Assembly (NCBI RefSeq): GCF_004010195.1
Contig: NC_057757.1
Span: forward strand, 636,964-695,975
DNA length: 59,012 nt
Direction: 5' to 3'
From: Chiloscyllium plagiosum
Taxonomy: Eukaryota
A program made the translations under genes and the position numbers. Numbering within the stretch: the first letter of the stretch is position 1; the number at the start of each line of letters is the position of its first letter. The notes below the pieces were generated by a model that was not told the origin of the DNA, searched no databases, and saw only the letters and a list, made by a program, of their open reading frames with translations. Shown piece by piece: positions 10,881 to 22,349 of this stretch.

Positions 10881-13800
10881 GGAGGAGATCCTGAGCATGG
10901 GAGAGTGATCCCAGAGTGATCCCAGAGTGTGGGAGAGTGATCCCAGAGTGATCCCAGAGTGTGGGAGAGTGATCCCAGAGTGACCCCAGAGTGATCCCTG
11001 AGCATGGGAGAGTGATCCCAGAGTGACCCCAGAGTGATCCAGAGTGTGGGAAAGTGATCCCAGAGTGTGGGAGAGTGATCCCAGAGTGACCCCAGAGTGA
11101 TCCCTGAGCATGGGAGAGTGATCCCAGAGTGACCTCAGAGTGATCCCTGAGTGTGGGAGAGTGATCCAAGAGTGATCCCAGAGTGTGGGAGAGTGAACCC
11201 AGAGTGATCCCAGAGTGTGGGAGAGTGAACCAAGAGTGATCCCAGAGTGTGGGAGAGTAATCCCAGAGTGTGGGAGAGTGATCCCAGAGTGTGGGAGAGT
11301 GATCCCAGAGTGAACCCAGAGTGTGGGAGAGTGAACCCAGAGTGATCCCAGAGTGATCGCAGAGTGTGGGAGAGTGATCCCAGAGTGTGGGAGAGTGATC
11401 CCAGAGTGATCCCAGAGTGTGGGAAAGTGATCCCAGAGTGATCCCAGAGTGTGGGAGAGTGATCCCAGAGTGAACCCAGAGTGATCCCAGAGTGTGGGAG
11501 AGTGATCCCAGAGTGTGGGAGAGTGATCCCAGAGTGTGGGAGAGTGATCCCAGAGTGATCCCTGAGTGTGGGAGAGTGATCCCAGAGTGAACCCAGAGTG
11601 TGGGAGAGTGATGACAGAGTGAACCCAGAGTGATCCCAGAGTGTGGGAGAGTGATCCCAGAGTGATCCCAGAGTGATCCCTGAGTGTGGGAGAGTGATCC
11701 CAGAGTGTGGGAGAGTGAACCCAGAGTGATCCCAGAGTGTGGGAGAGTGAACCCAGAGTGATTACAGAGTGAACCCAGAGTGTGGGAGAGTGAACCCAGA
11801 GTGATCCCAGAGTGTGGGAGAGTGATCCCAGAGTGTGGGTGAGTGATCCCAGAGTGTGGGAGAGTGATCACAGAGTGAACCCAGAGTGATCCCAGAGTGA
11901 TCCCATAGTGTGGGAGAGTGATCCCAGAGTGAACCCAGAGTGTGGGAGAGTGATCCCAGAGTGATCCCAGAGTGTGGGAGAGTGATCCCAGAGTGATCCC
12001 ATAGTGTGGGAGAGTGATCCCAGAGTGAACCCAGAGTGACCCCAGAGTGATCCCTGAGTGTGGGAGAGTGATCCCAGAGTGTGGGAGAGTGATCCCAGAG
12101 TGAACCCAGAGTGTGGGAGAGTGATCCCAGAGTGATCTCAGAGTGTGGGAGAGTGATCTCAGAGTGAACCCAGAGTGATCCCAGAGTGAACCCAGAGTGT
12201 GGGAGAGTGATCCCAGAGTGTGGGAGAGTTATCCCAGAGTGATCCCAGAGTGAACCCAGAGTGAGGGAGAGTGATCCCAGAGTGAACCCAGAGTGATCCC
12301 AGTGTGTAGCAGAGTGATCCCAGAGTGCTCCCAGAGTGAACCCAGAGTGATCCCAGAGTGTGGGAGAGTGATCCCAGAGTGAACCCAGAGTGATCCCAGA
12401 GTGAACCCAGAGTGTGGGAGAGTGATCCTAGAGTGTGGGAGAGTTATCCCAGAGTGATCCCAGAGTGAACCCAGAGTGATCCCAGAATGTGGGAGAGTGA
12501 TCCCAGAGTGAACCCAGAGTGATCCCAGAATATAGGAGAGTGATCCCAGAGTGAACCCAGAGTGATCCCAGAGTGTGGGAGAGTGAACCCAGAGTGAACC
12601 CAGAGTGTGGGAGAGTGATCCCAGAGTGAACCGAGAGTGATCCCAGAGTGTGGGAGAGTGACCCCGAGTGCTCCCAGAGTGTGGGAGAGTGAACCCAGAG
12701 TGATCCCAGAGTGAACCCAGAGTGATCCCAGAGTGATCCCAGAGTGTGGGAGAGTGATCCCAGAGTGTGGGAGAGTGCTCCCAGAGTGAATCCAGAGTGA
12801 ACCCAGAGTGTGGGAGAGTGATCCCAGAATGTGGGAGTGTTATCCCAGAGTGATCCCAGAGTGAACCCAGAGTGAGGGAGAGTGATCCCAGAGTGATCCC
12901 AGTGTGTGGGAGAGTGATCCCAGAGTGCTCCCAGAGTGTGGGAGAGTGATCCCAGAGTGAACCCAGAGTGATCCCAGAGTGATCCCAGAGTGTGGGAGAG
13001 TGATCACAGAGTGAACCCTGAGTGTGGGAGAGTGATCCCAGAGTGAACCCAGAGTGATCCCAGAGTGTGGGAGAGTGATCCCAGAGTGTGGGAGAGTGAT
13101 CCCAGAGTGAACCCAGAGTGAACCCAGAGTGTGGGAGAGTGATCCCAGAGTGATCCCAGAGTGTGGGAGAGTGATCCCAGAGTGAACCCAGAGTGAACCC
13201 AGAGTGTGGGAGAGTGATCCCAGAGTGATCCCAGAGTGTGGGAGAGTGATTCCAGAGTGATCCCAGAGTGTGGGAGAGTGATCCCAGAGTGTGGGCAAGT
13301 GATCCCAGAGTGTGGGAGAGTGATCCCAGAGTGAACCCAGAGTGATCCCAGAGTGTGGGCGAGTGATCCCAGAGTGAACCCAGAGTGATCCCAGAGTGTG
13401 GGAGAGTGATTCCAGAGTGATCCCAGAGTGTGGGAGAGTGATTCCAGAGTGATCCCAGAGTGAACACAGAGTGTGGGAGAGTGATCCCAGGGTGAACCCA
13501 GAGTGTGGGAGAGTGATCCCAGAGTGAACCCAGAGTGATCCCAGAGTGATCCCATAGTGTGGGAGAGTGATCCCAGAGTGTGGGCAAGTGATCCCAGAGT
13601 GATCCCAGAGTGAACCCAGAGTGATCCCAGAGTGTGGGAGAGTGATTCCAGAGTGATCCCAGAGTGTGGTACAGTGATCCCAGAGTGTTGGGCGAGTGAT
13701 CCCAGAGTGATCCCAGAGTGAACCCAGAGTGAACCAAGAGTGTGGGAGAGTGATTCCAGAGTGATCCCAGAGTGTGGTACAGTGATCCCAGAGTGTGGGA

Positions 13801-14939
13801 GAGTGATCCCAGAGTGATCCCAGAGTGAACCAAGAGTGTGGGAGAGTGATCCCAGAGTGAACCCAGAGTGTGGGAGAGTGATTCCAGAGTGATCCCAGAG
13901 TGTGGCAGAGTGATCCCAGAGTGATCCCAGAGTGTGGGAGAGTGAACCCAGAGTGATCCCAGAGTGTGGGAGAGTGATCCCAGAGTGATCCCAGAGTGAA
14001 CCCAGAGTGTGGGAGAGTGATTCCAGAGTGATCCCAGAGTGTGGGAGAGTGATCCCAGCGTGTGGGAGAGTGATCCCAGAGAATGGGATAGTGATTCCAG
14101 AGTGATCCCAGAATGATCCCAGAGTGTGGGAGAGTGATCCCAGAGTGAACCCAGAGTGTGGGAGAGTGATTCCAGAGTAATCCCAGAGTGTGGCAGATTG
14201 ATCCCAGAGTGCACCCAGAGTGATCCCAGAGTGTGGGAGAGTGATCCCAGAGTGCTCCCAGAGTGTGGGAGAGTGATTCCAGAGTGATCCCAGAGTGAAC
14301 ACAGAGTGTGGGAGAGTGATCCCAGGGTGAACCCAGAGTGCACCCAGAGTGTGGGAGAGTGATCCCAGAGTGAACCCAGAGTGATCCCATAGTGTGGGAG
14401 AGTGATCCCAGAGTGCACCCAGAGTGTGGGAGAGTGATCCCAGAGTGAACCCAGAGTGATCCCATAGTGTGGGAGAGTGATCCCAGAGTGAACCCAGAGT
14501 GTGGGAGAGTGATCCCAGAGTGAGCCCAGAGTGTGGGAGAGTGATCCCAGAGTGTGGGAGAGTGAACCCAGAGTGAACCCATAGTGTGGGAGAGTGATCC
14601 CAGAGTGATCCCAGAGTGTGGGAGAGTGAACCCAGAGTGATCCCAGAGTGAACCCAGAGTGATCCCAGAGTGTGGGAGAGTGAACCCAGAGTAAACCCAG
14701 AGTGTGGGAGATTGAACCCAGAGTGATCCCAGAGTGTGGGAGAGTGAACCCAGAGTGATCCCAGAGTGTGGGAGAGTGATCCCAGAGTGAACCCAGAGTG
14801 TGGGAGAGTGAACCCAGAGTGAACCCATAGTGTGGGAGAGTGATCCCAGAGTGAACCCAGAGTGTGGGAGAGTGAACCCAGAGTGAACCCATAGTGTGGG
14901 AGAGTGATCCCAGAGTGAACCCAGAGTGTGGGAGAGTGA
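10881..14939. repeat. About 4-kb satellite of interspersed 11-bp (GATCCCAGAGT/GAACCCAGAGT) and 10-bp (GTGGGAGAGT) units; runs into a gap
   Basis: Directly visible in the sequence. Confidence 0.97.
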
Positions 14940-15858
14940 NNNNNNNNNNNNNNNNNNNNNNNNNNNNNNNNNNNNNNNNNNNNNNNNNNNNNNNNNNNNN
15001 NNNNNNNNNNNNNNNNNNNNNNNNNNNNNNNNNNNNNNNNNNNNNNNNNNNNNNNNNNNNNNNNNNNNNNNNNNNNNNNNNNNNNNNNNNNNNNNNNNNN
15101 NNNNNNNNNNNNNNNNNNNNNNNNNNNNNNNNNNNNNNNNNNNNNNNNNNNNNNNNNNNNNNNNNNNNNNNNNNNNNNNNNNNNNNNNNNNNNNNNNNNN
15201 NNNNNNNNNNNNNNNNNNNNNNNNNNNNNNNNNNNNNNNNNNNNNNNNNNNNNNNNNNNNNNNNNNNNNNNNNNNNNNNNNNNNNNNNNNNNNNNNNNNN
15301 NNNNNNNNNNNNNNNNNNNNNNNNNNNNNNNNNNNNNNNNNNNNNNNNNNNNNNNNNNNNNNNNNNNNNNNNNNNNNNNNNNNNNNNNNNNNNNNNNNNN
15401 NNNNNNNNNNNNNNNNNNNNNNNNNNNNNNNNNNNNNNNNNNNNNNNNNNNNNNNNNNNNNNNNNNNNNNNNNNNNNNNNNNNNNNNNNNNNNNNNNNNN
15501 NNNNNNNNNNNNNNNNNNNNNNNNNNNNNNNNNNNNNNNNNNNNNNNNNNNNNNNNNNNNNNNNNNNNNNNNNNNNNNNNNNNNNNNNNNNNNNNNNNNN
15601 NNNNNNNNNNNNNNNNNNNNNNNNNNNNNNNNNNNNNNNNNNNNNNNNNNNNNNNNNNNNNNNNNNNNNNNNNNNNNNNNNNNNNNNNNNNNNNNNNNNN
15701 NNNNNNNNNNNNNNNNNNNNNNNNNNNNNNNNNNNNNNNNNNNNNNNNNNNNNNNNNNNAGAGAGGGAGGGAGGGAGGGAGCGGGAGGGGGAGAGGGAGG
15801 GAGAGAGGGAGGAGAGAGGGAGGGAGAGGGCTGCTCCCTTTCTAACGTCAGTGCTTAC

Positions 15859-15928
15859 CCAGTGCAGGGACCAGAATGGACGGGATTAGGAAGAGGCTGC
15901 AGAACAAGATCCGGATGGAAAAAAGCAT
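15859..15928 (-). CDS. Candidate first coding exon (signal peptide MLFSIRILFCSLFLIPSILVPAL) of a second unidentified gene
   Basis: GGAGATGC start, 23 strongly hydrophobic codons, then G|gtaagc phase-1 donor. The upstream flank is unique and GC-rich. Confidence 0.65.
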
Positions 15929-17300
15929 CTCCTTTTGTGGTGTGGGGGGAACCGATCGCTGTCTGCTGTCCAACTCGCTCTCAGACACTGGCTCCTCTCC
16001 GCAGCTGCCCCCAGCCCCTTCACTATCTCAGAGCCAGCGTCACAAGCGGCGTCTCCAAGGAGAGGGAGTCAACAAAGCCACCCCCCAACTGTTTCAAAAA
16101 CAAACTCTGGCCCCTTCCCCACCCCCCCCTAACACTACCTCACCCAGAACGTCCCAAAACCCAACCCTTACTAAAGTGGCTACCATCTCCACAGCTCCGA
16201 ATTGCAAAGGACTACACTCTTAGAGGACACAGGGTTATATATCCAGGGGATGGAGACTAGATCCTGGGGTTCCAGTTGGAGTGGGTATTGACACCCTCAG
16301 GGTACGCCTTTTCTTTTGGGACGGAGCCGAGGAAACATTTCCTGAGATCTGGGCTCTGAAATTCACCACTACACACACACCCCACCCCCCACCAACACAC
16401 ACACGCACACACACACATAGAGGCAGAGCCCTTGGGTCTCTTTAACGCTGAGATAAATTCTCGATCAGTCTGGGAATCAAGGGTTTCAGGGAAAAGGCAG
16501 GGGAGTGGACGTGAGGAATGTTGGATCAACCACGATCCTATCAGGCTCGAGGGGCTGAATGGCCTCCTCCTGTTTCTATCTCCTATGATCTGAAGTGACT
16601 GAGTGTATTAAAGCAAGAAATTGGTCGTTTTTTTTAAACATTGAAAGCATCAACATTTGGATGGGAAGTGGGAATGCAGAGAGACATGGCCACTATCCTA
16701 GAGAATGGCAGCAGGATGAATGGACCTATTCCAGCCCCTGGTTTCTGTAAATCTCCCTTGGGGCTGGGGTAAGCAGCTGTGAAAGGTTATACTGACTGTG
16801 ATCAATGGACAGTCAATGCAGCCAGTATTGTAGCACCCATTTGTTGGTCTGGGGGATCATGGATACAAGGAGTTGGTCTCATGTTTTTTTTATTAAGAAT
16901 AGGGGACACTGTTTGAGAACAAAATGCCTCATTTTTTTCCAGAGATGAAGAGTTTTACTCCCCTCCACCTCAGAGGGTGATTAGTCTCTTGATTTCAGAG
17001 AGCAGTGGAGGCTGGATTAATGAATTCACTCAAGACAGAGTTACAATTCAGATCGGGCGGCTGGGGTCGAGGTTTATGGGGGACAGGTGTCAACCTGGAG
17101 CTGGGACCATAACCAGACCAGCCATGACAGGACAGGTCAGATACTACACTCCTGCTCTAACATTTCATATTCCTGTGTTACTAAAGATTCCTGCTCACTC
17201 ACTCTCAACTGCCTCAATGGTCAGTTCTCCTATTCTACCTTCCCCTACCAATCCAGAAAATTCTGAATTTTACCTCCGGGTTAATAGAAGAAAAAAAAAA

Positions 17301-18208
17301 GGTATGACCCCAAAATTGGAGGTGTAGTGGACAACGAAGAGGGTTACCTCAGATTACAACAGGATCTTGACCAGATGGACCAATGGGCTGAGAAGTGGCA
17401 GATGGAGTTTAATTCAGATAAATGTGAGGTGCTGCATTTTGGGAAAGCAAATCTTAGCAGGACTTATACACTTAGTGGTAAGGTCCTAGGGAGTGTTGCT
17501 GAACAAAGAGACCTTGGAGTGCAGGTTCATAGCTCCTTGAAAGTGGAGTCGCAGGTAGATAGGATAGTGAAGAAGGCGTTTGGTATGCCTTCCTTTATTG
17601 GTCAGAGCATTGAGTACAGGAGTTGGGAGGTCATGTTGTGGCTGTACAGGACATTGGTTAGGCCACTGTTGGAATATTGCGTACAATTCTGGTCTCCTTC
17701 CTATCGGAAAGGTGTTGTGAAACTTGAAAGGGTTCAGAAAAGATTTACGAGGATGTTGCCAGGGTTGGAGGGTTTGAGCTACAGGGAGAGGCTGAACAGG
17801 CTGGGGCTGTTTTCCCTGGAGCGTCGGAGGCTGAAGAGTGACCTTATAGAGGTTTATAAAATCATGAGGGGCATTGATAGGATAAATAGACAAAGTCTTT
17901 TCCCTGGGGTCAGGGAGTCCAGAACTAGAGGGGCATATCTTTAGGATGAGAGGGGAAAGATATAAAAGAGACCTAAAGGGCAACTTTTTCACGCAGAGGG
18001 TGGTACGTGTATGGAATGAGGATGTGATGGAGGCTGGTACAATTGCAACATTTAAGAGCCATTTGGATGGGTATATGAATAGGAAGGGTTTGGAGGGATA
18101 TGGGCTGGGTGCTGGTAGGTGGGACTAGATTGGGTTGGGATATCTGGTCGGCATGGACGGGTTGGACCGAAGGATCTGTTTTCATGCTGTACATCTCTAT
18201 GACTCTAT
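17301..18208 (+). mobile_element. Well-preserved 5'-truncated CR1/HER1 LINE
   Basis: ORFs 17327-17944 and 17946-18128 give the ORF2 C-terminus. Tail CTCTATGACTCTATG. Confidence 0.93.
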
Positions 18209-18939
18209 GTGGTGCCCATTTCTGTTGCAGATAAATCAGTCTGTGCATCAGCTTTGGTTGTTGGAATAGACCAACAGCAGCATCTTCCCCACTGTTATTA
18301 AACTGCTGTATGGACATCTCTGATTTCAAACACATGTTGATATCACTTTTTGTACAGATTCTTTGCAGCTGTAACTTTATATCCCTCACTCTGTTCAATT
18401 ACCTTGTGATCTTTGTATTTTACGATCTCTCTGTACTGCAAGCAAATACATGACAATAATAAATCAAGTGAACCCTTAAACATCCCAATGGTATTGGACC
18501 TCAGCCCCTCAGTTTGGCACGACACTCGGCACTGGGTTCAGATCTCCTCCTTCAAGCTCACTTCTGACTAATCTCTCGGTCACACTTTGATATTTTGCCA
18601 TTTGGATTGTTAATTAAGTACAGAGCTCAAATAGGATGGAGCAGCGAGGGGTGGATTCAAGGCACAAGTAGAAAACTTCACAACAAATTAGCAAGGCCAA
18701 CACAAAAAATATTGTTTTAATTCTTTAGCATCAAGTCAGAATTTGAAAGGGGGGGGGGGGGAAAGAGGGGAAATGGTGCGAAACCTGGTAAGACTGCAGG
18801 CAACTTGAGCTGTCCTGTTGTAAAAATAAACTGTATTAAGGAATTGGAAATGGTGCCCAGAAGACTAAAGGACAATATCCAAATGGTGGGGTAATACATA
18901 TCAGGAAAGCATCAGCAGGGTACCTTTAAAAAGTCATCC

Positions 18940-19600
18940 AGCACAGAAACCGACCCTTCGGTGCAACCAGGCCGTGCTGACCATAATCCCAAACTAATCT
19001 AGTCCCACCTGCCAGCACCCGGCCCATATCCCTCCAACCCTTCCTATTCATTTACCCATCCAAATGTCTTTTCAACATTGTAATTGCACCCACACCCACT
19101 TCCTCTGGAAGTTCATCCCACATGTGAACCACCCTCTGTAACAAAGGTGCCCCTCATGCCTTTTTTAAATCTCTCGCCTCTCACCTTAGAAATGTGCCCC
19201 TTAGTTTTGAAATCCCCCACCCTTGGGAAAAGACAACTACCATTAACCCTATCTAGACCCATTATTTTATAAACCTGTCAGATCACCTCTCAATCTTCTA
19301 CACTCAAGTGAAAAAATTCCCAGCCAATCTTTATAACTCAAAGCGTCCATTCCCGGCAACATCCTGGTATGTCTCTTCGGAACCCTCTCTGGTGTAAAAT
19401 TATCCTTCCTGTGACAGGGCAACCAGAACTAGACACAGCATTCCAGAAGAGGCCCTCAATGTCCTGTAAAACCTCAACATGACATCCCCAACTTCTATAA
19501 AGGATTGAGCAATGAAGACAAGCATGCCAAATGCCTTTTTAACCATCCTACGTGTGATGCAAACTCCAACCAATTATGAAGCCATAGGGCCCTATGTTCT
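18940..19600 (-). mobile_element. CR1 3' fragment
   Basis: Reverse-complement similarity to 17600-18200. Confidence 0.8.
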
Positions 19601-19744
19601 ACAATATTTCTCAACTCCCTTGAAAACTGGATGGCTGAGGGGTGACCTTAGAATGATGCCAAACTTTGGTTGAGTGAATGGAACGTTCCCTTTTAAAGGG
19701 TAACAGAAGAACCAGAGGCCCTCAAGCTAAGCTGTTTATCCCCC

Positions 19745-20195
19745 GATTTTATTGGTCAATGCATTGTGTAAGAGTTGAGGGGTCACATTGTGGCTCTATA
19801 GGTTATTGGTTAGACCACTTTTAGAAAGCTGCATTCAATTCTGATCTCTCTGGTGTAAGTTGTTAAACTAGAGTGCTGAAAAGATTTACAAGGACGTTGC
19901 CAGGTTTGGAAGGCTTGATATATAGGGAGAGACTGGATAGGCTGGGGTCTTTTTTCTCTGGAGTGTCTGAGGCTGAAGTGTCCTTATAGAGGTTTATAAA
20001 ATCATGAGGGGCATGGTTAGGGTAAATAGACATGGAGACATTTAAAAAAAGCATCTGGTTGGGTGTATGAATAGGCAGGATTTAGAGGGTTATGGACTAA
20101 ATGCTGGCAAATGGAACTAGATTAATTTAGGTGGGAATTTGCTCAGCATGGACAAGCAGGATCGAAGGGTTGGTTTCTGAGCTGTATGACTCAAT
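19745..20195 (+). mobile_element. CR1 3' fragment
   Basis: Similar to 17590-18200 with internal deletions. Confidence 0.8.
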
Positions 20196-21289
20196 GATAA
20201 TAGAGAATTCTTTACCCAAAGGAAGAATGTAGAGTCCCTACCAACAGCGACTGGTTGAAGCCAAATCATATGAAGATTAAAACTGGACCAATCCCCGAGG
20301 GAGAAGGTTTATAATAAAGGAGGAGGAAAATATGGGAACAGGCTCTAGTGAGGAATGATCACTCACAGGGACTGCTAGTGCAGCATATCCTACAATGCAG
20401 GTTGGTTTGAAGATAAAGCAAGTAGACCACTCAACCCTTTGATCTAACCCTCCCCCACTCAACAAGACCATGGTTGATGGGATTGCAGTTTTAACTTCAT
20501 TTCCTTGCTAGTTTCCCCCAGTGACTGCTGACAGCTGTCTTAACACTGGATTCCCTCAATTAAAATCTAACTCCGCCTCAGACATATTCTGATGACTTTA
20601 CCTCCACTCCTCTCCCCTCTCTCTCCCCAAAGATTAATCACCTTAAGAAATTCATCCTCAATAGTTGGCCTCTTTTTGACAGTACCCTCCAGGGCTAGAT
20701 CTCATGAACATGAAATTTAGATGCAAGCTGGACCTGGTCTTAATGAAATAGGGTCATGGGACTGGACAGGGAGAAACTGTTCCCTCTCAAAAAATGTTCA
20801 AAGAGGGTATGGATTTAAAATAATTCACAAAAGGAAAAAAAAAATTCACAATGGGGAAAAGATGTAGAAGACAGAGCCAGAGAGTACATAGGTTCAATGT
20901 ATACAATAGGGGGTTAGGACTACTGTGATGAGCAGGAATTTGCAAGGTTATGGGGAAGATGGTGTAAGAATGAGACTAGGCAAATTGTTAATAAAAATAG
21001 AATTAGTTCAACACATAATGCCAGTCCAGAAACCCACCCAATATACACAAGGTGGGTTACAGATATAACTACCAGCTATTTAATAACTCATCAGCACTGA
21101 TCTCTCAAGTGGCTGTCCTATTGCATCTGACCTCACGTGACTCTTCAATTTTCTGAAATATCTGCATTCCTTCAACCCTGACAGCTTGACGTCCTCCCAA
21201 TTTCCATAGTTCCAACACAGGCCACTGTACCTTCAGCTCAGAGCCCTTGCTGAATTCCTTCTGAGACACTAAAACCCATTGGACTGGAG

Positions 21290-22220
21290 AATATCCTGGG
21301 TGCCCTTGTACATGAATCTCAAAAAGGTGGTTTGTAGGTGCAGCAGATAATTAAAGCAGCAAATGGAATACGGTCCTTCATTGCAGGAGGGATGGAGTTT
21401 AAAAACAAAGGTTATGCTGCAGCTGTACAGGATGTTAGTGAGGGCACACCTGGAATACTGTGTGCAGTTCTACAAAGCTAAAGATTACCCAACACCAGGT
21501 TGTAGTCCAACAGGTTTATTTGGAAGTACTGTACTAGCTTTCAGACTGCTGCTCCTTCATCAGGCGGTTGTGGAGAAGGATGAAGGACCTGATGAAGGAG
21601 CAGCGCTCCGAAAGTTAGTGCTTCCAAATAAACCTGTTGGACTGTAACCTGGTGTTGGGTGATTTTTAAGCTTTGTACATCCCAGTCCAACACCGGCGTC
21701 TCCACATCATGTGCACGGTTCTGGTCTTGAGAAAGGGATGTCCTGGCACCGGAGGGAGGGCAAAGGAGGTTCACTGAGTTGATGCTGGAATTGAGGGTTG
21801 GCTTATGAGGAGAGATTGAGTAGCCTGGGACTGTACACACTGGAATTTAGAAGAATGAGGAATCTTACAGAAAGAAAATTAAGGGATTAGACAAGGTAGA
21901 AGCAAGAAAGTTGTTTCCATTGGTGGGTGAAACTAGAACTAGGGGGCGTGACCTCAAAATAAGGAGGGCAACAGATTTTGGACTGAGCTGAGGAGGAACT
22001 TCTTCACCCAGAGGGTTGGGAATCTGTGGAATTTCCTATCCAGCAGAACAGTTGAAGCTACTCTGTTGAATGTTTTGAAGACAAGGATAGGTTTTTGAAC
22101 AGTAAAGGTGTTAAAGGTTACGGTGAGCGGGTGGGTAAGTGGAGCCGAGTCCATGAAAAGCTGAGTGGCAGAGGAGGGGGGGGCTCGAGGGGCCAGATGG
22201 CCTATGCCTATTATGTTCTT
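21290..22220 (+). mobile_element. CR1 3' fragment containing a nested hairpin element (about 21472-21709)
   Basis: LYRMLVRAHLEYCVQF is interrupted by an inverted-repeat insert. Confidence 0.85.
21589..21620 (+). ncRNA. Minimal hammerhead-ribozyme-like motif in hairpin element
   Basis: CTGATGA-A-GGAGC-agc-GCTCC-GAAA-GT-TA-GTG. Confidence 0.55.
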
Positions 22221-22349
22221 CTCCCTTAAATGCACCCTGGGGAGGTTTCAAATTGTGACATGTGCCAGTAATGGATGTAAACTCAGCAAGGGACCATGCT
22301 ATCAGGCTGGGAAGCACCAACGTTGAAACATCAAAGAAACAGTTCAGCC

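Noticed and set aside
10799..14892. Long His/Ser/Thr/Gly-rich ORFs (up to 887 aa), a tempting mucin-like exon for the minus-strand leader
   Set aside because: Units of 10 and 11 nt shift frame constantly and all three frames give the same peptide soup. The openness reflects a stop-free repeat unit.
15876..16223. Pro/Ser/Thr-rich + strand ORF as a CD68 mucin or hinge exon
   Set aside because: No convincing splice sites or LAMP-domain similarity. It overlaps the better-supported minus-strand leader exon and its promoter.
17327..17944. 205-aa ORF as a host gene
   Set aside because: It is the C-terminal part of CR1 ORF2 in a 5'-truncated copy.
18230..18470. Apparent + strand terminal exon with AATAAA
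   Set aside because: It resembles a LINE 3' tail, with no coding signal or link to the leader exon.
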